This document shows positions 56,859-57,130 of a DNA stretch of 57,130 nt, one piece after another. The notes beneath the pieces were generated by a model. It saw only the letters and a list, made by a program, of their open reading frames with translations, was not told the origin of the DNA and did no database searches. The first letter of the stretch is position 1. Each line of letters opens with the position of its first letter. The stretch is from an uncultured archaeon (GTDB taxonomy: Archaea > Aenigmatarchaeota > Aenigmatarchaeia > CG10238-14 > SCSR01), in NCBI GenBank assembly GCA_964373665.1, contig CAYJVM010000004.1:1-57130 (forward strand), given 5' to 3'. The translations under genes and the position numbers were made by a program.

Positions 56859-57080
56859 AACTTCCACCTAAAAACTCTGAAAGTTCCAACTATTTTTATA
56901 AAGTTCCCAAACATTAACACGATCTTTCCTATAGAAAAAATGCGGTTTCCTCGGGAAAAGAGAAGGATTCTTAGTAGAAGTGATATTACTGTCTGGCTGT
57001 GACGGCGTTCCTTTGCTGAGAAAATGTAATATTAAATAATATATAAATATAACATTGTTATTATTATATTATAACTTTAG
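56857..57080. repeat. Phased TTCC-core repeats (about 21-bp period) followed by an AT-rich tract
   Basis: TTCC at 56862, 56884, 56904, 56926, 56947 and 57008; TTCT at 56968; nearly pure A/T 57025-57078. Confidence 0.55.
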
Positions 57081-57130
57081 GTGATTATAATCCTACTGCC
57101 CCTTGATATCACAGGGCAACAAATATGTAT

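Noticed and set aside
1..57130. CRISPR array associated with the Cas4-like gene
   Set aside because: No 25-45-bp repeats with unique spacers seen. The 7017-7134 repeats are 8-mers with 1-3-bp gaps.

Overview
Archaeal chromosomal window. Gene content (Rpl7Ae, Rps28e, Rpl24e, RpoD, TFS, Spt5, fibrillarin/Nop5, Hel308, Hjc, Kae1) and compact, reduced proteins suggest a DPANN-type lineage, possibly Aenigmarchaeota-like (inference). It is mostly housekeeping genes plus three tRNAs, interleaved with AT-rich accessory patches: hicBA, xseAB, free-standing LAGLIDADG and PD-(D/E)xK endonucleases and a degenerate peptide deformylase. Highlights: (1) a 373-aa LAGLIDADG intein inserted in the GGG|TGTG tubulin signature of FtsZ; (2) a gene for an amphipathic-helix/coiled-coil/wHTH protein whose 5' coding region holds about 10 helically phased CGATGTAA repeats, next to a 500-bp AT-rich region with 9 co-oriented CTCAC boxes (candidate origin or centromere-like DNA-membrane tethering module); (3) a second phased array (TTCC about every 21 bp, then an AT-rich tract) at the right end; (4) a perfect 57-bp inverted copy of rplP0 coding sequence inside a micro-ORF between rps13 and rps4; (5) two tRNAs best explained by two introns each; (6) truncated uL11 and P0; (7) a Cas4-like gene with an apparent ATC start, coupled to a tyrosine recombinase; (8) several unannotated Zn-finger microproteins. 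No CRISPR array or rRNA was seen.
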